Assembly: GCA_963724205.1 (NCBI GenBank)
Contig: CAVRTK010000004.1
Coordinates: forward strand, 303,830-367,829
Source of the DNA: an uncultured Actinomycetes bacterium
Lineage (GTDB): Bacteria > Actinomycetota > Thermoleophilia > Solirubrobacterales > Thermoleophilaceae
Length of the DNA stretch: 64,000 nt
Direction of reading: 5' to 3'
Both the position numbers and the translations under genes were made by a program. The notes under the pieces were generated by a model. The model was not told the DNA's origin and searched no databases. It saw only the letters and a list, made by a program, of their open reading frames with translations. Position 1 is the stretch's first letter. Each line of letters begins with the position of its first letter. Positions 10,409 to 22,439 of the stretch are shown here, piece by piece.

Positions 10409-11016
10409 GCGCTCGCGAGTGCCACGACGATGCCGGCCAGCCCGAGGACCGCCAGCACGATGAACGCGATGTCGACCGGGCCGAGCCGCCGGTTCGCGGC
10501 GCCGTCGCCGAGCTTCTCCATCCAGTACTCGTTCCAGTAGCCGACCATGTAGCCGAAGACGAGGAACTGGGCGGGGAACAGCGCGTAGCCGAGCGCCTTG
10601 ATGATCTCGCGCACGTCCTGGTTGAACGTGTCGGTCACCGGCCCGAGAACCTCGGGCAGGATGTAGATGCACGGGATCGAGAGAGCGAGGGCGGTGATCC
10701 AGCCCCAGAGGTTGACGACGGGGGCGCCGACCTTCTCGCGGAGCTCGTTGATGTCCGTGATCGTGCGGTACCAGATGTACGCGCTGATGAGCGGGAACAG
10801 CTGGCCGATGCCCTCGAGCAGCGCGATCGCCCCAGACGGCTTGCGGCCTTGCTCCTCCGCCATCTCGCGGCGGGAGACGAAGAACCACCAGACGCCGTAG
10901 AGGCCACCTGTGAGCAGGTAGACGACGAACGACAGCCCGCCCCGCCAGAGCCGCCGGTCCGCGTCGGTGCGGGCGACGTCGACCGGCTCGTCGCTGCTTG
11001 CGGCCGCGGCGGTCAT
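10405..11016 (-). CDS. multi-pass membrane protein, hypothetical
   Basis: 203-aa intact ORF with four or more hydrophobic segments (GLYGVWWFFV; WGWITALALSIPCIYIL; FLVFGYMVGYW; IAFIVLAVLGLAGIVVALA). Translationally coupled to the downstream small ORF. Confidence 0.6.
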   Translation of the reverse strand: MTAAAASSDEPVDVARTDADRRLWRGGLSFVVYLLTGGLYGVWWFFVSRREMAEEQGRKPSGAIALLEGIGQLFPLISAYIWYRTITDINELREKVGAPVVNLWGWITALALSIPCIYILPEVLGPVTDTFNQDVREIIKALGYALFPAQFLVFGYMVGYWNEYWMEKLGDGAANRRLGPVDIAFIVLAVLGLAGIVVALASA

Positions 11017-11724
11017 GCCGCCCCCAGGTACGCGGCCTGGACCTCGGGGTTCTCGCGCAGCTTGGACGACTCGTCGGTGACCGCGATGTGACCGGTCTCG
11101 AGCACGTAGCCCCGAGCGGAGACGTCCAGGGCGAAGTTCGCGTTCTGCTCGACGAGCAGGATCGTCGTGCCCTGCTTGTTGATCTCGGCGACCGTCTCGT
11201 AGATGCGCTCGACGAGGATCGGCGCGAGGCCCATCGACGGCTCGTCGAGCAGGAGCAGCTTGGGGTTGGCCATCAGCGCCCGGCCGATCGCGAGCATCTG
11301 CTGCTCGCCGCCGGACATGGTCCCGCCCTTCTGGTTCTCGCGCTCCTTGAGGCGCGGGAACAGGTCGAACACGCGGTCGAGGTCGTCGTTCACCCTGTCG
11401 TCACGGCGCAGGAACGCACCGAGTTCGAGGTTCTCGCGCACGGACATGCGCTGGAAGACCTTGCGTCCCTCGGGCGACTGCGAGATGCCGAGACGCACGA
11501 TGTCGGCCGCCGGCGTGGCGCCGATCTCCTTGCCCTCGAACTTGATCGATCCGAGGCGGGGCGGCGTGAGGCCGGAGATCGACCGCAGGGTAGTGCTCTT
11601 GCCCGCGCCGTTGGCGCCGATCAGCGTGACGATCTCGCCCTCGTTGACCTCGATCGAGATCGCCCTTCAGCGCCTCGATCGACCCGTAGAAGGTGTGGAT
11701 GTCGTGCAGCTCGAGCATCGCCAC
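11013..11724 (-). CDS. livF: branched-chain amino acid ABC transporter ATP-binding protein LivF, frameshifted
   Basis: MLELHDIHTFYGSIEALKG... Walker A GANGAGKST (frame-shifted), signature MSGGEQQMLAIGRAL, and LLLLDEPSMGLAP. Two ORF fragments. Confidence 0.85.
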
Positions 11725-11727
11725 GGC

Positions 11728-12558
11728 TCAGCCCTGCTTCCCCAGGTAGGCCTCGACGACGCGCGGGTCGGCGCGGACGTCGTCGGGCAGACCCTCGGCG
11801 ATCTTCTCGCCGTGGTCGAGGACGGTCAGCCGCTCGGACACCCCGAGCACGACCTTCATGTCGTGCTCGATCAGGAGGATCGTCAGGCCCTGCTCGTCGC
11901 GCAGGCGGATCATGAAGTTCTTGAGGCGGTCCGACTCCTGCGGGTTCATGCCGGCGGTGGGCTCGTCGAGCAGCAGCAGCTTGGGCTCCGACACCAGCGC
12001 GCGCGCGATCTCCACGCGGCGCTGGTCGCCGTAGGAGAGGTTGACCGACGACCTCGTCGAACACGCGCTTCTGGAGGCCCACGAAGTCGAGCATCTCGCG
12101 CGCCAGCTCACGAGTCTTCCACTCCTCGCGCGAGGTCATCGGCGGCCGGATGATCGACCGGAACAGGCCCGCCCTCATGCGCGAGTGGTAGCCGACCATC
12201 ACGTTCTCGACGGCTGTCATCGTCCCGAACAGGCGGATGTTCTGGAACGTGCGCGCCACCCCGAGCGCCGTGATCTGGTCGGGCCGGCGCCGGGTGATGT
12301 TCTGGCCCTCGAAGGCGATGAGGCCGACCGTCGGCTTGTAGAGCCCGCTGAGGATGTTGAAGAACGTGGTCTTGCCCGCGCCGTTCGGCCCGATGATCGA
12401 CACGATCGAGCGCCGCGGGATCGCGAACGACACGTCGTTGACGGCGATCAGGCCGCCGAAGCTGCTTCGTGATCGCTGACCGCCTCGAGGATCGGCGCGG
12501 CTTCCGTCGCCGCTCCAGGCTCGCTCGCGCCGCCGACCGCTGTGGATCCACTCGTCAT
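11728..12558 (-). CDS. livG: branched-chain amino acid ABC transporter ATP-binding protein LivG, frameshifted
   Basis: IIGPNGAGKTTFFNILSG Walker A; LSYGDQRRVEIARAL signature; LLLLDEPTAGMNP. Its ATG overlaps the livM stop (ATGA). Three ORF fragments. Confidence 0.85.
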
Positions 12559-13757
12559 GCGCGCGTCTCGAACACTGCCTCAGTACCGGTGCCGACGCCT
12601 TCCTCGAACTCGAGCTTTCGTCTTCGTTCGGGCAGGAGGCCCTCGGGGCGCAGGACCATCATCACCACGAGCAGGAAGCCGAACACGCCGAAGCCGAGCT
12701 GGCTCGCGTCGATCGTGAGGCCCGAGATCCTTCAGGAGCTTGGGACCCGTGTCCTGGATGATCTGGCGGTCGATGTAGGAGAGCACCGCGGCCGCCCGAA
12801 AACGACGCCCCAGATCGATCCGAGCCCGCCCAGGATCACCATGGCCAGGATCAGGATCGAGAACGAGAACTCGAACTGCTCGGCGTTGACGGTCTTGTTG
12901 TACGCGCCGAGGAACGCGCCGGCCATGCCGCCGAAGCCGGCGCCGGCGGCGTACGCCATCAGCTTGGTCTTGACCGCCGGGATGCCCATGCTCGTGGCGG
13001 CGACCTCGTCCTCGCGGATCGCGATCCAGGCACGCCCGAGGCGCGAGTCGCGCAGCCGGATGTTGCAGAACAGCACGAGCAGCACCATCGCGAACGCGAG
13101 CCAGTACCACGGTCTGAGGTTGAAGTCCTGGATCGGCAGCGTGCCGTAGCCAGGCAGCGCCGGGATGTCGATCGGCGTGATGCCCTTCTTGCCGTTCGTC
13201 AGCTCGTAGCCGAAGATGTTGATCTGCTCGCCGTTGGTGGCGATCACGCGGATGATCTCGCCGAACGCGAGCGTCACGATCGCGATGTAGTCGCCGCGCA
13301 GCCGCAGCGTCGGCAAGCCGATGAGGATGCCCGCGATCGCGCAGATCACGACGGCGGCCAGGATGATCAGCAGGAAGTTGAGGTGGATGCCCGGCTGCCC
13401 CTGCGCCTCGGTGCCGGCGAAGATGTCGATGCCGCCCTCCGACCCCTCCTTGACGAAGTAGGCCGATCCGAACCAGCCCATCGCGTACGCACCGAACGCG
13501 TAGAACGCGACGTAGCCCAGGTCGAGCAGGCCGGCGAAGCCGACGACGATGTTCAGCCCGAGCGCCATCACGATGTAGGCGAGTGCGATCGTCGACGTGT
13601 TGACGACGTTCGCGGTCAGCGGGAAGAACAGCGGCAAGATCGCGACGAAGGCCGATGAGCACCCCCGCGAACACACGTGCCGGCGATCCGGCGCTGGCGC
13701 TCGGTCGCGCATGAAGCGCGGCGTCAGGCTGGTGCGCGCCCGCGCGATGGCGGTCAT
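12555..13757 (-). CDS. livM: branched-chain amino acid ABC transporter permease LivM, frameshifted
   Basis: Long hydrophobic permease (IALAYIVMALGLNIVVGFAGLLDLGYVAFYAFGAY...). The C-terminus (...LEFEEGVGTGTEAVFETRA*) is in a second frame. Confidence 0.8.
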
Positions 13758-14757
13758 CCGGCCTCCCTCGTCTCCTCGCCAATCAGTCCGCGCGGCCGGA
13801 AGACCATGATCAGGATCAGGTAGATGAACACGACCATGGGCGTCCAGGTGGCGTCCCAGCGGTCATCGTTGATCACCTGGATGCAGCCGATGATCAGGCC
13901 GCCGAGCACGGCGCCCTTGAGGTTGCCGATGCCGCCCATGACCGCGGCGGTGAACGCGATCAGGCCGGCCTGGAAGCCCTGGAAGAAGTAGACGTCGTTC
14001 TGGTACAGCGCCCACATCAGGCCCGCGGCGCCGGCGAGCAGTCCGCCGAGCATGAACGTGACGCTGATCGTCGTGTCGACATTGATGCCCATCAGGCGTG
14101 CCGCCTCGGGATCCTGCGCGGTGGCGCGCATGGCCTTGCCGAGCCGGCTCCGGGTGACGAACGCCGTCAGCGCGAGGAGCAGCGGGACGGCCACGCCGAA
14201 CGCGATCGCGTCACCGTGGGTGATCGGGACCTCGAAGATCGTGAAGAACGACTCGCGAGTTGTCGATCGGGTCGCCGACGGAGTTGTGCTGCCCGCTGAG
14301 CCACAGCTGGCCGGCGTTGACGAGGATGAACGAGAACCCGACCGCCGTGATCAGCGGCGCGAGCTTGGGCGCGTTTCTCAACGGGTCTGTACGCGATCCG
14401 CTCGATCATCGTGTTGATCGCTCGCGCAGCAGATCATCGCGATGAGAGGGCTGCCACGCACGCCAAGCAGCAGCCCGATCGGCCCGGTCAGCCATGTCAG
14501 CACGGCCGCCGATGTGGCAGTGCCGATCATGAACAGGTCGCCGTGGGCGAAGTTGATCAGCTCGACGATGCCGTAGACCAGCGTGTAGCCGAGCGCGATC
14601 GATCGCGTAGATGGCGCCGTTCGACAGCCCTTCCTTGATGTTCCTCGCGAGGTGCGAGAGGTCGTCGTTCGGGTCCTTGATGTCGTCGATGCCCCAGAGG
14701 ACCGGCATCGCCAGCAGCAGGACGATCAGGCCGTAGGTATCGAGAAACTACCGCATG
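13754..14757 (-). CDS. livH: branched-chain amino acid ABC transporter permease LivH, frameshifted
   Basis: C-terminal half intact (GINVDTTISVTFMLGGLLAGAAGLMWALYQ...). N-terminal half (PVLWGIDDIKDP...GLSNGAIYA) is in other frames; an MR-stop near 14752 suggests an indel at the start. Confidence 0.8.
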
Positions 14758-14871
14758 CGTCGCCCACATCCGGCGATGCCCGGGTCGGGCGCGATGCCTG
14801 CGGCGGTAATGGATGCGGCTTCCAAGTAGGGGTGGGAAGACGTGGGTGTGTTGTAAGTGTCCTACGGAGAC

Positions 14872-14896
14872 GGGGGCGGGCGCGCTGCCCGCCCCC
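14872..14896. terminator. perfect GC-rich hairpin (GGGGGCGGGC-GCGCT-GCCCGCCCCC) between the substrate-binding-protein gene and livH
   Basis: 10-bp perfect inverted repeat with a 5-nt loop in the only sizeable non-coding gap inside the liv operon, where an intra-operon attenuator or terminator would sit. Confidence 0.5.
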
Positions 14897-14921
14897 ATTC
14901 CGTTCAGGTCAGCGTTGGCTC

Positions 14922-16214
14922 AGTTGCCGCCGCCGGCCTTGATGACCTTCTCGAACGCGAGCTCGCCGTCCTCGACCTTGTACAGGCCGTAGTCCGTCAG
15001 CGTCGTATCGCCGTTCTTGTCGATGTCGTACGTGCCGAGCACCGACTCGCGGCCCTTCGTGCTGTAGAACGCGTCGATGACGCTCCTGGCGGCGAGACCT
15101 TGCCGCCGTTGGCATCAGCGTCCTTCTTGATCGAGTCCAGGATCAAGGACATGGCCTCGTAGCCGTAGATGGCGTACGGAGCCGGCGTCTTGTCACCGGT
15201 CTCCTTCGTGTACTTCTCGAAGAACGCCTTGCCCGCGGGCGGGAACTCGTCCGGGGACAGCGTCGCGACCGTCGAACAGCGTGCGCGACGTGACCGAAGC
15301 ATCCGCGCCGGTCTTCTTGTTCACGAACGCAGTCCTCGGCCATGCCGTCGGGGCCGAACAGCTTGATGCTCTTGGCTCCGTTGGCGACGTCCGTGAACAG
15401 CTGGACGCCGTTGTTGTCGACGATGATCGACCCGAAGAAGCAGTCAGCCCCGCTCGAGGCGATCTTGCCCGCCAGCGAGCGGTAGTTGCCCGCCTTCGGG
15501 TCGTAGCCCTCGTTGGCGACGATCTCGAGACCCTGCTCCTTGGCGGCGTGTCTCGGCCGACTTGGACAGGCCCTCGCCGTAGACCTCCTTGTCGTTCACG
15601 ATGTAGATCTTCTTGCAGCCCTGCTCCTTCCAGACCGTGACCTGGGCTGCGGCCTGCACCGTGTCACGCGGAACGACGCGGCCGTACGTGCGCTTCTTCG
15701 TCGGGTAGTACTTGTCCGGCTCGCCGGCGTCGGCGCCCGGATCGCTCGACGTCAGGCCCACCGCCGTGTTGGCGGGGCTGACCTGAAGGATCCCGGCACG
15801 GTTCGTCGTCGGGATCGACAGCGCCGACGCGCCCGAGTTGAACTCGCCCATGTACGCGATGGTCGTCTGGTCGGAGACGGCCTTACGCGCGTTCTGCTGG
15901 ACCTGGTTCGGCTCCCACTTGCCGGCCGAAGCCGTGGAGTCGTCGAGCTTGTCGAACTTGACCGTGTAGTTCCCGATCTTGCCGCCCTTTTCCTGAAGCG
16001 CGATGTCCGCGCCCTTGTTGACGGCGAGCGTGTTGTCGCGCGAACCACCCTGGAGCGGCAGGCTCGAGTAGATCGTGAGCGAGCTGCCCGAGATCGCATC
16101 GGTGCCGGATCCGCCGCCGCCTCCGCTACTGCTCCCGCTGTCGTCGCCGCAGGCAGCAACGCCTGTCGCGAGTGCAGCGAGCGCGGTCGCGGTTACCAAC
16201 CACTTTGCTCGCAA
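14922..16214 (-). CDS. branched-chain amino acid ABC transporter substrate-binding lipoprotein (LivJ/LivK-like), frameshifted
   Basis: Signal peptide plus lipobox (MRAKWLVTATALAALATGVAAC). Periplasmic-binding-protein type I body (SSLTIYSSLPLQGGS...IAYMGEFNSGAS...). C-terminus ...VIKAGGGN* in a second frame. Confidence 0.8.
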
Positions 16215-16379
16215 GAGTCTTCCCCTCCTCTAAGGAAACGGTGAAAGCGCGGCGCATCCTAGCCTTACGGTCAGACTGCTGCAATTGAGACCGGTGGTAG
16301 GCAATGGAGCCTTAACGCATCGCTGGGACGCGTTCTTCGACGAAAACCCGGTTGTGCCTGCGTGCCGGGTACCCCTGCT

Positions 16380-17639
16380 CAGGAACCAGGGTCGCCCGGC
16401 GCCGGCGGCAAGCCCGGCGGGCGCGGGGAGCGCAGCCCCTCGAACACCAGGTGCGCGCCGTCGCGGCGGTAGGCGGCCACGCGTTGATCGGCTACGTCGC
16501 CCGCACGGGTGAGCGCCAGTTCGCCCAGCACGCTCTTCGGACGCGGCCCGGGGGCGAGCACCAACCGGGTGACGGCCTTACGGTCGCCGGCGCGCGGCCC
16601 CGCGCGATCGATCCCCTCGAGCACGAGGCGCATCGACTCGTACCCGTAGAGCGCGGCCGCAGGCGCTTGCACGCCGCCGTTGCGGGTCGCGATCCGGTCG
16701 AGCACACGCTGCCCCGCCGCCGGGTAGTCGCGCGCGCGGCCGCGTCGACCCGATCATGCGCACGGAACCGACCCCGTTCAGCGGGCGGTCGAGCGGGACG
16801 CCCGCGGCGTACAGGGCGGCGCCCGGAAGCGCGCGCTGAACCGACGCCAGCAGAGGCTCCGCGGTCGCGTCAGCCAGGCCGGCGTAGACGACCGCGTCGG
16901 GGCGCTCCTTGTCACCGGCCAGCGCCTCGGCGGTGTCCGCGAGGTCCTCGGGCTTGCTCCCCGACTCGACCTCCTTGACGGCGGTGACCGGCAGCTTGCG
17001 CGCGTCGGCCACGAACACCGCCTGCGCGGAGATGCTGCGCCCGTACAGGTGGTCGTCGTGGACGATCGCGATGCGCGATGCGCCCTCCTCGCGCGCCCAG
17101 TCGACGAGCGCAGTGGCCTGCGAGAGGTCGTTCGGCACCAGGCGGGCGAACGTGCGCGAGCCGGTCGGGTAGAAGCGCTCGGGACCGCCGCGGGGCCCAC
17201 CGGGCTGTACCTCGGTCAGGCTCGTCAGCCCGTCGAGCGGCGAGAGCTGGACGATGCCCTTGTCGTTCGTGACGGGCAGCGAGACCGCCGAGCCGCCCAG
17301 GTCGAGCTCGCCGAGGTAGGCGATCGCGGTCGGATCGTCGGCCGCGCGCTCGGCGTTCTGCTCGACGATCGCGGGGTCCCACGTCGTGCCGTCGGACTTC
17401 GCGGAGTCGAGCGGCACGAGCTTGACCGGCCGTCCGCCCGCGCGACCGCGGTGGTCGGCCAGGGCCAGGCGCTGGCCGTCGAGCACCGCCGCCGCCGCCG
17501 TCGCCGAGTCGCCGTGCCGTGGCAGGCTCGTGTAGATCGTGAGCGCGCGGCCCGCCGGGACCGTCGGGCGGTCGTCTCCCCCGCCCCCGCACCCTCCGGC
17601 AAGCAGCACGCCGAGCAGGAGGACCACAAGTCGGCGCAA
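16380..17639 (-). CDS. second paralogous amino-acid ABC substrate-binding lipoprotein, frameshifted
   Basis: TTG start giving MRRLVVLLLGVLLAGGCGG (lipobox). Body parallels the first substrate-binding protein (ALTIYTSLPRHGDS...IAYLGELDLGGSAVSLPVTN). C-terminal YGYESMRLVLEGIDRAG in another frame. Confidence 0.7.
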
Positions 17640-17667
17640 AGCTGCCCGATTGTAGGAGTCGTGCCCG

Positions 17668-18729
17668 GTGCGCCAGGGGTATCGTGCCGCGACCGTGCGA
17701 ATCGGAGTGCTGACAGGCGGTGGCGACTGTCCCGGGCTGAACGCCGTGATCCGCGCGATCGTGCGCAAGGGGATCGACGACTACGGCCACGCGATCGTCG
17801 GCTTCCGCGACGGATGGCGCGGCCCGATCGAGTCGCACTACGAGGAGCTGACGATCGAGTCGGTCCGCGGGATCCTGCCGCGCGGGGGCACGATCCTCGG
17901 CTCGTCGCGCACGAACCCGCTGAAGGACGAGCGCGGCGCGGACGCCGTCGCGGAGTGCATGTCGTCGCTGCGGCTCGACGGGCTGATCGCCATCGGCGGC
18001 GAGGACACGCTGGGCGCCGCCAAGAAGCTGCACGACGCCGGGCTGCCGGTGATGGGCGTGCCGAAGACGATCGACAACGACATCGGCGCCACCGACCTGA
18101 CGTTCGGCTTCGACACCGCCGTGCAGGTCGCGAGCGACGCGATCGATCGCCTGCACACGACCGCCGAGTCCCACCACCGCAACCTGATCGTCGAGGTCAT
18201 GGGCCGCCACGCGGGCTGGATCGCGCTGTGGTCGGGGATGGCCGGCGGCGCCGACGTGATCCTGATCCCCGAGCGCCCGTTCGACATCGACGAGGTCTGC
18301 CGCCTGATCCGGCGCCGGCACCAGCGCGGGCGCTACTTCTCGATCGTCGTCGTCGCGGAGGGCGCGCTGCCCAAGGAGGGGACGATGGAGACACTCGGCG
18401 GCGAGGGCGCCACCGACCAGTTCGGCCACGTCCGCCTCGGAGGGATCGGGCAGCGGCTCGAGCGCGAGATCGAGGAGCGGACCGGCTTCGAGACGCGCGC
18501 GACCGTGCTCGGCCACATCCAGCGCGGCGGCACGCCCACGGCGTTCGACCGTGTGCTGGCGACGCGGCTCGGCATCGCGGCCATCGACGCCGCCACGCGC
18601 GGCGAGTGGGGCAAGATGGCGGCGCTGCGATCGATGAAGATCGAGATGGTCGACCTGGCCGACGCCGTGCGCGAGCTGCGCACCGTCCCGGCCGACGAGT
18701 ACGAGGCGGCAGCGGCATTCTTCGGCTGA
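17668..18729 (+). CDS. pfkA: 6-phosphofructokinase (ATP/PPi-PFK family)
   Basis: RIGVLTGGGDCPGLNAVIRA, GGEDTLG, PKTIDNDI, MGRHAGWIAL. Intact ORF. The true start is probably the GTG about 17696 (VRIGVLTGGGD). Confidence 0.9.
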   Translation: MRQGYRAATVRIGVLTGGGDCPGLNAVIRAIVRKGIDDYGHAIVGFRDGWRGPIESHYEELTIESVRGILPRGGTILGSSRTNPLKDERGADAVAECMSSLRLDGLIAIGGEDTLGAAKKLHDAGLPVMGVPKTIDNDIGATDLTFGFDTAVQVASDAIDRLHTTAESHHRNLIVEVMGRHAGWIALWSGMAGGADVILIPERPFDIDEVCRLIRRRHQRGRYFSIVVVAEGALPKEGTMETLGGEGATDQFGHVRLGGIGQRLEREIEERTGFETRATVLGHIQRGGTPTAFDRVLATRLGIAAIDAATRGEWGKMAALRSMKIEMVDLADAVRELRTVPADEYEAAAAFFG

Positions 18730-19013
18730 TGCTCGTACCGCCGGAACGGTTCGACGACGAGCGGCGCCGCCTGGCGGGGATGCTGCCCGGGGCGGAGATC
18801 GAGCCGGCCACGGGCGGCCGGCAGGCGGGCGCCGCGTTCGTGGCGCTCGTGCGCGACCTGGACCTCCCGATCCCCGTGCTCGTCGAGCGCGGGGGCTACG
18901 AGCTGCCGGCCGCGGAGGTCGGCGGCCAAGGCACGCGCGTGCTGCGCCGCGGCGAGCTCAGGCTGGTGCTGGTGGACGACCGCGCGGAGTTCGCGCGCCG
19001 CGTCAGGGCTTGA
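18729..19013 (+). CDS. hypothetical protein (94 aa)
   Basis: The ATG overlaps the pfkA stop (TGATG). Non-repetitive sequence, no recognisable domain. It could be a GC-artefact ORF. Confidence 0.3.
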   Translation: MLVPPERFDDERRRLAGMLPGAEIEPATGGRQAGAAFVALVRDLDLPIPVLVERGGYELPAAEVGGQGTRVLRRGELRLVLVDDRAEFARRVRA

Positions 19014-19169
19014 GGATCTTCTGGAGCGCCGGCGCCATGATGCGCGCCGTCGCGGCGACGAGGGTGAGCAGCATCGTGAGCATGAAGGCGTCGAACGCCT
19101 TGACGCCGAGCGACCAGCCGCGATGAACCACACCAGTCCCGACCGTGAAGGCAACCAGCACGCTCACTT
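19003..19169 (-). CDS. small hydrophobic protein (about 55 aa), hypothetical
   Basis: The GTG overlaps the stop of the SnoaL-like gene (GTGA). VSVLVAFTVGTGVVH...FMLTMLLTLVAATARIMAPAL is predicted to be a membrane segment. Confidence 0.25.
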
Positions 19170-19713
19170 CGATCCTCCGATCCGATCCTCGATCGTCGTC
19201 TTCAGCTTGTTCATTCCGTTGAACGCTCCGTAGAGCGCCTTCTCCACTCCCGAGCCCTGCGGCGGCAGCATGCCGATCTGGCGGGCGAAGTCGAGCCCGT
19301 CGGAGAACGCGGTGTTGCGCGTGATCCGGCCGTCCTCGACCTCGAGGACGTCGCAGCCCCGGATCTCGATCGGCTTGCCCGGCGCGTCGATGCCCTGGAA
19401 GCGACCGCCGGTGAAGTTGCCGCGCAGCCGGTACTGGACGACCGCGGTGTCGTCGTCGGCCAGGACCCGGTCGACGGTCGTCTCCGCGTCGGGCACCGCG
19501 GCGAACAGCTCGTCGAAGAAGCCGCGGACCTCGTCCGGGCCGCGGAAGATCCCGAACGGGACGATGTCCTCGATGCCCTCCGGGTCCCAGTGGTCGGCCA
19601 TCGCCTGCGGCGTCGCGGGCGGCGACGGCGTCGAAGTAGGAGCGGGCGACCTGCTCGGCGCGTTCTCGGTCGTCGGTCTCGAGGGGCTGCTCACGGGCGT
19701 CGGAAGCTATCAA
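19164..19713 (-). CDS. SnoaL-like/NTF2-fold protein (ester cyclase-like), frameshifted
   Basis: N-terminus ...[27 protein letters not shown] in one frame. The body MADHWDPEGIEDIVPFGIFRGPDEVRGFFDELFAAVPDAETTVDRVLADDDTAVVQYRLRG...RGCDVLEVEDGRITRNTAFSDGL is in another. Confidence 0.7.
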
Positions 19714-20503
19714 CCGTTGTGGTTGGCGGCGGAGTGCTCCGGCCAGCTCGCGCGACCAGCTCGCCGACCGCGTCCGCGCCGCCCTCGCCCGCCGCGCGCA
19801 CCACGCGCGAGCCGACGATCACGCCGTCGGCGATGTCGCCGACCGCGCGCGGCCTGCTCCGGGCGTCGAGATGCCGAAGCCGACCGCCACGGGCACCTAC
19901 GTCGACGCGCGCACCCGCTCCACGGTCCGCCCGATCTCCGGCGGCAGCTCGGCGCGCTCGCCGGTCGTGCCGGTGGTGCTGACCGTGTAGACGAACCCGC
20001 GCGCGTCGCGGCCGACCTCGGCGATCCGCTCGTCGGTCGACGTGGGCGCCACGAGCGGCACGAGCGCGATGCCCGCGGCGTCGCAGGCCGCGCGCAGCTC
20101 GCCGGCCTCGTCGTGGGGAAGGTCGGGGACGATGATCCCGGCGGCGCCGGCGTCGGCGGCCATGCGCGCGAACTCCTCCTGGCCGCGCGCGAGGATCGGG
20201 TTGGCGTAGACCATCAGGACGACCGGGATGCTCGGCGCTCAGCGACTCGCAGACGCCGAGCACGTCGTCGAGCCGGATGCCGTTCGAGCAGCGCCTCCGT
20301 GGCGGCGGCGTGGATCACCGGGCCGTCGGCCAGCGGGTCGGAGAACGGGATCGCCGAGCTCCATCACGTCGGCGCCCGGCGTCGGCCGCCGCGAGCCCGG
20401 CGGCCCGCGAGGTCTCCAGGTCGGGAAAGCCGCCCATCAGGTAGGGCATGAGCGCGGCCCGCTTCCCGTTGCCGGTCCGCGAAGGCGGCGGACAGCCGGT
20501 CAC

Positions 20504-20507
<4 letters not shown>
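19691..20507 (-). CDS. trpA: tryptophan synthase alpha subunit, frameshifted
   Basis: [46 protein letters not shown]...; [34 protein letters not shown]; C-terminal [16 protein letters not shown]. The ATG overlaps the trpB stop (ATGAGTGA). At least three frames. Confidence 0.8.
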
Positions 20508-21674
<1,167 letters not shown>

Positions 21675-21699
21675 GCGGCCTCCTGCGGCGCGTCGGGGT

Positions 21700-22372
21700 C
21701 GCGGGGCGCGGCTCAGGCTCGGGCGGCGCCGGCGGCGCGTGCTCGGCATCGACCTGCTCGACGGCACGGAAGAACGCGGTGAGCTTCGCGTGGTCCTTGC
21801 GGCCGGGCGACGCCTCGGTCCCGCTCGCGGTGTCGACCGCGTACGGATGCGTGGCGTGCGATCGCCGTCGCGCGACGTTGTCCGGGTTCAGGCCGCCGGA
21901 GAGGATCAGCGGCACGTGGCGCGTGTGGTGGCGGACGTAGTCCCACTGGAACGTCTTGCCCGGTGCCGCCGCGCTGCCCGGGCACGTAGGCGTCGAGCAG
22001 GTGGAAGTCGGTGTGGAACGCGCTGAGGCGGCGGACCGCGGCGGGGTCCTTCGCCGGGATCGCCTTGATCACCCGAGCGCCGGTGCGCCGCGCGACCTCG
22101 CGCGCGTACGCGGGACCCTCGTCGCCGTGGAGCTGCACGGCGGTCAGATGAGCGACGTCGGCCAGCTGGGCAACCTCCTCGAGCGGCGCGTTCACGAACA
22201 CGCCCGTGACCTCGACCTGGCGCGACAGCTCGCGCCCGATCCGCTCGGCGTCAGCCACGTCGACCTGCCGCGGGCTGTCGGCGAAGATCAGCCCGACCGC
22301 CCACGCGCCGAGCTCGACGGCGGCCCGCGCGTCGTCGAGGTTGGTGATGCCGCAGATCTTCACGCGCGTCAT
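21700..22372 (-). CDS. trpF: N-(5'-phosphoribosyl)anthranilate isomerase, frameshifted; 3' end uncertain
   Basis: MTRVKICGITNLDDARAAVELGAWAVGLIF...TAVQLHGDE; C-terminal PYAVDTASGTEASPGRKDHAKLTAFFRAVEQ in a second frame. Confidence 0.75.
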
Positions 22373-22439
22373 TGCGTTCCATGGTGGCAGGTGGACGCTG
22401 AAGCGCGGCCTCGCCGCAGGGCGGGCGCGCCCGGGCCGG

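Noticed and set aside
17049-19013. 654-aa ORF on the plus strand
   Set aside because: It runs antisense through the second substrate-binding-protein gene and out of frame through pfkA. Its composition is Arg/Ala/Gly/Pro-rich low complexity typical of spurious open frames in >70% GC DNA. The real genes explain the region.
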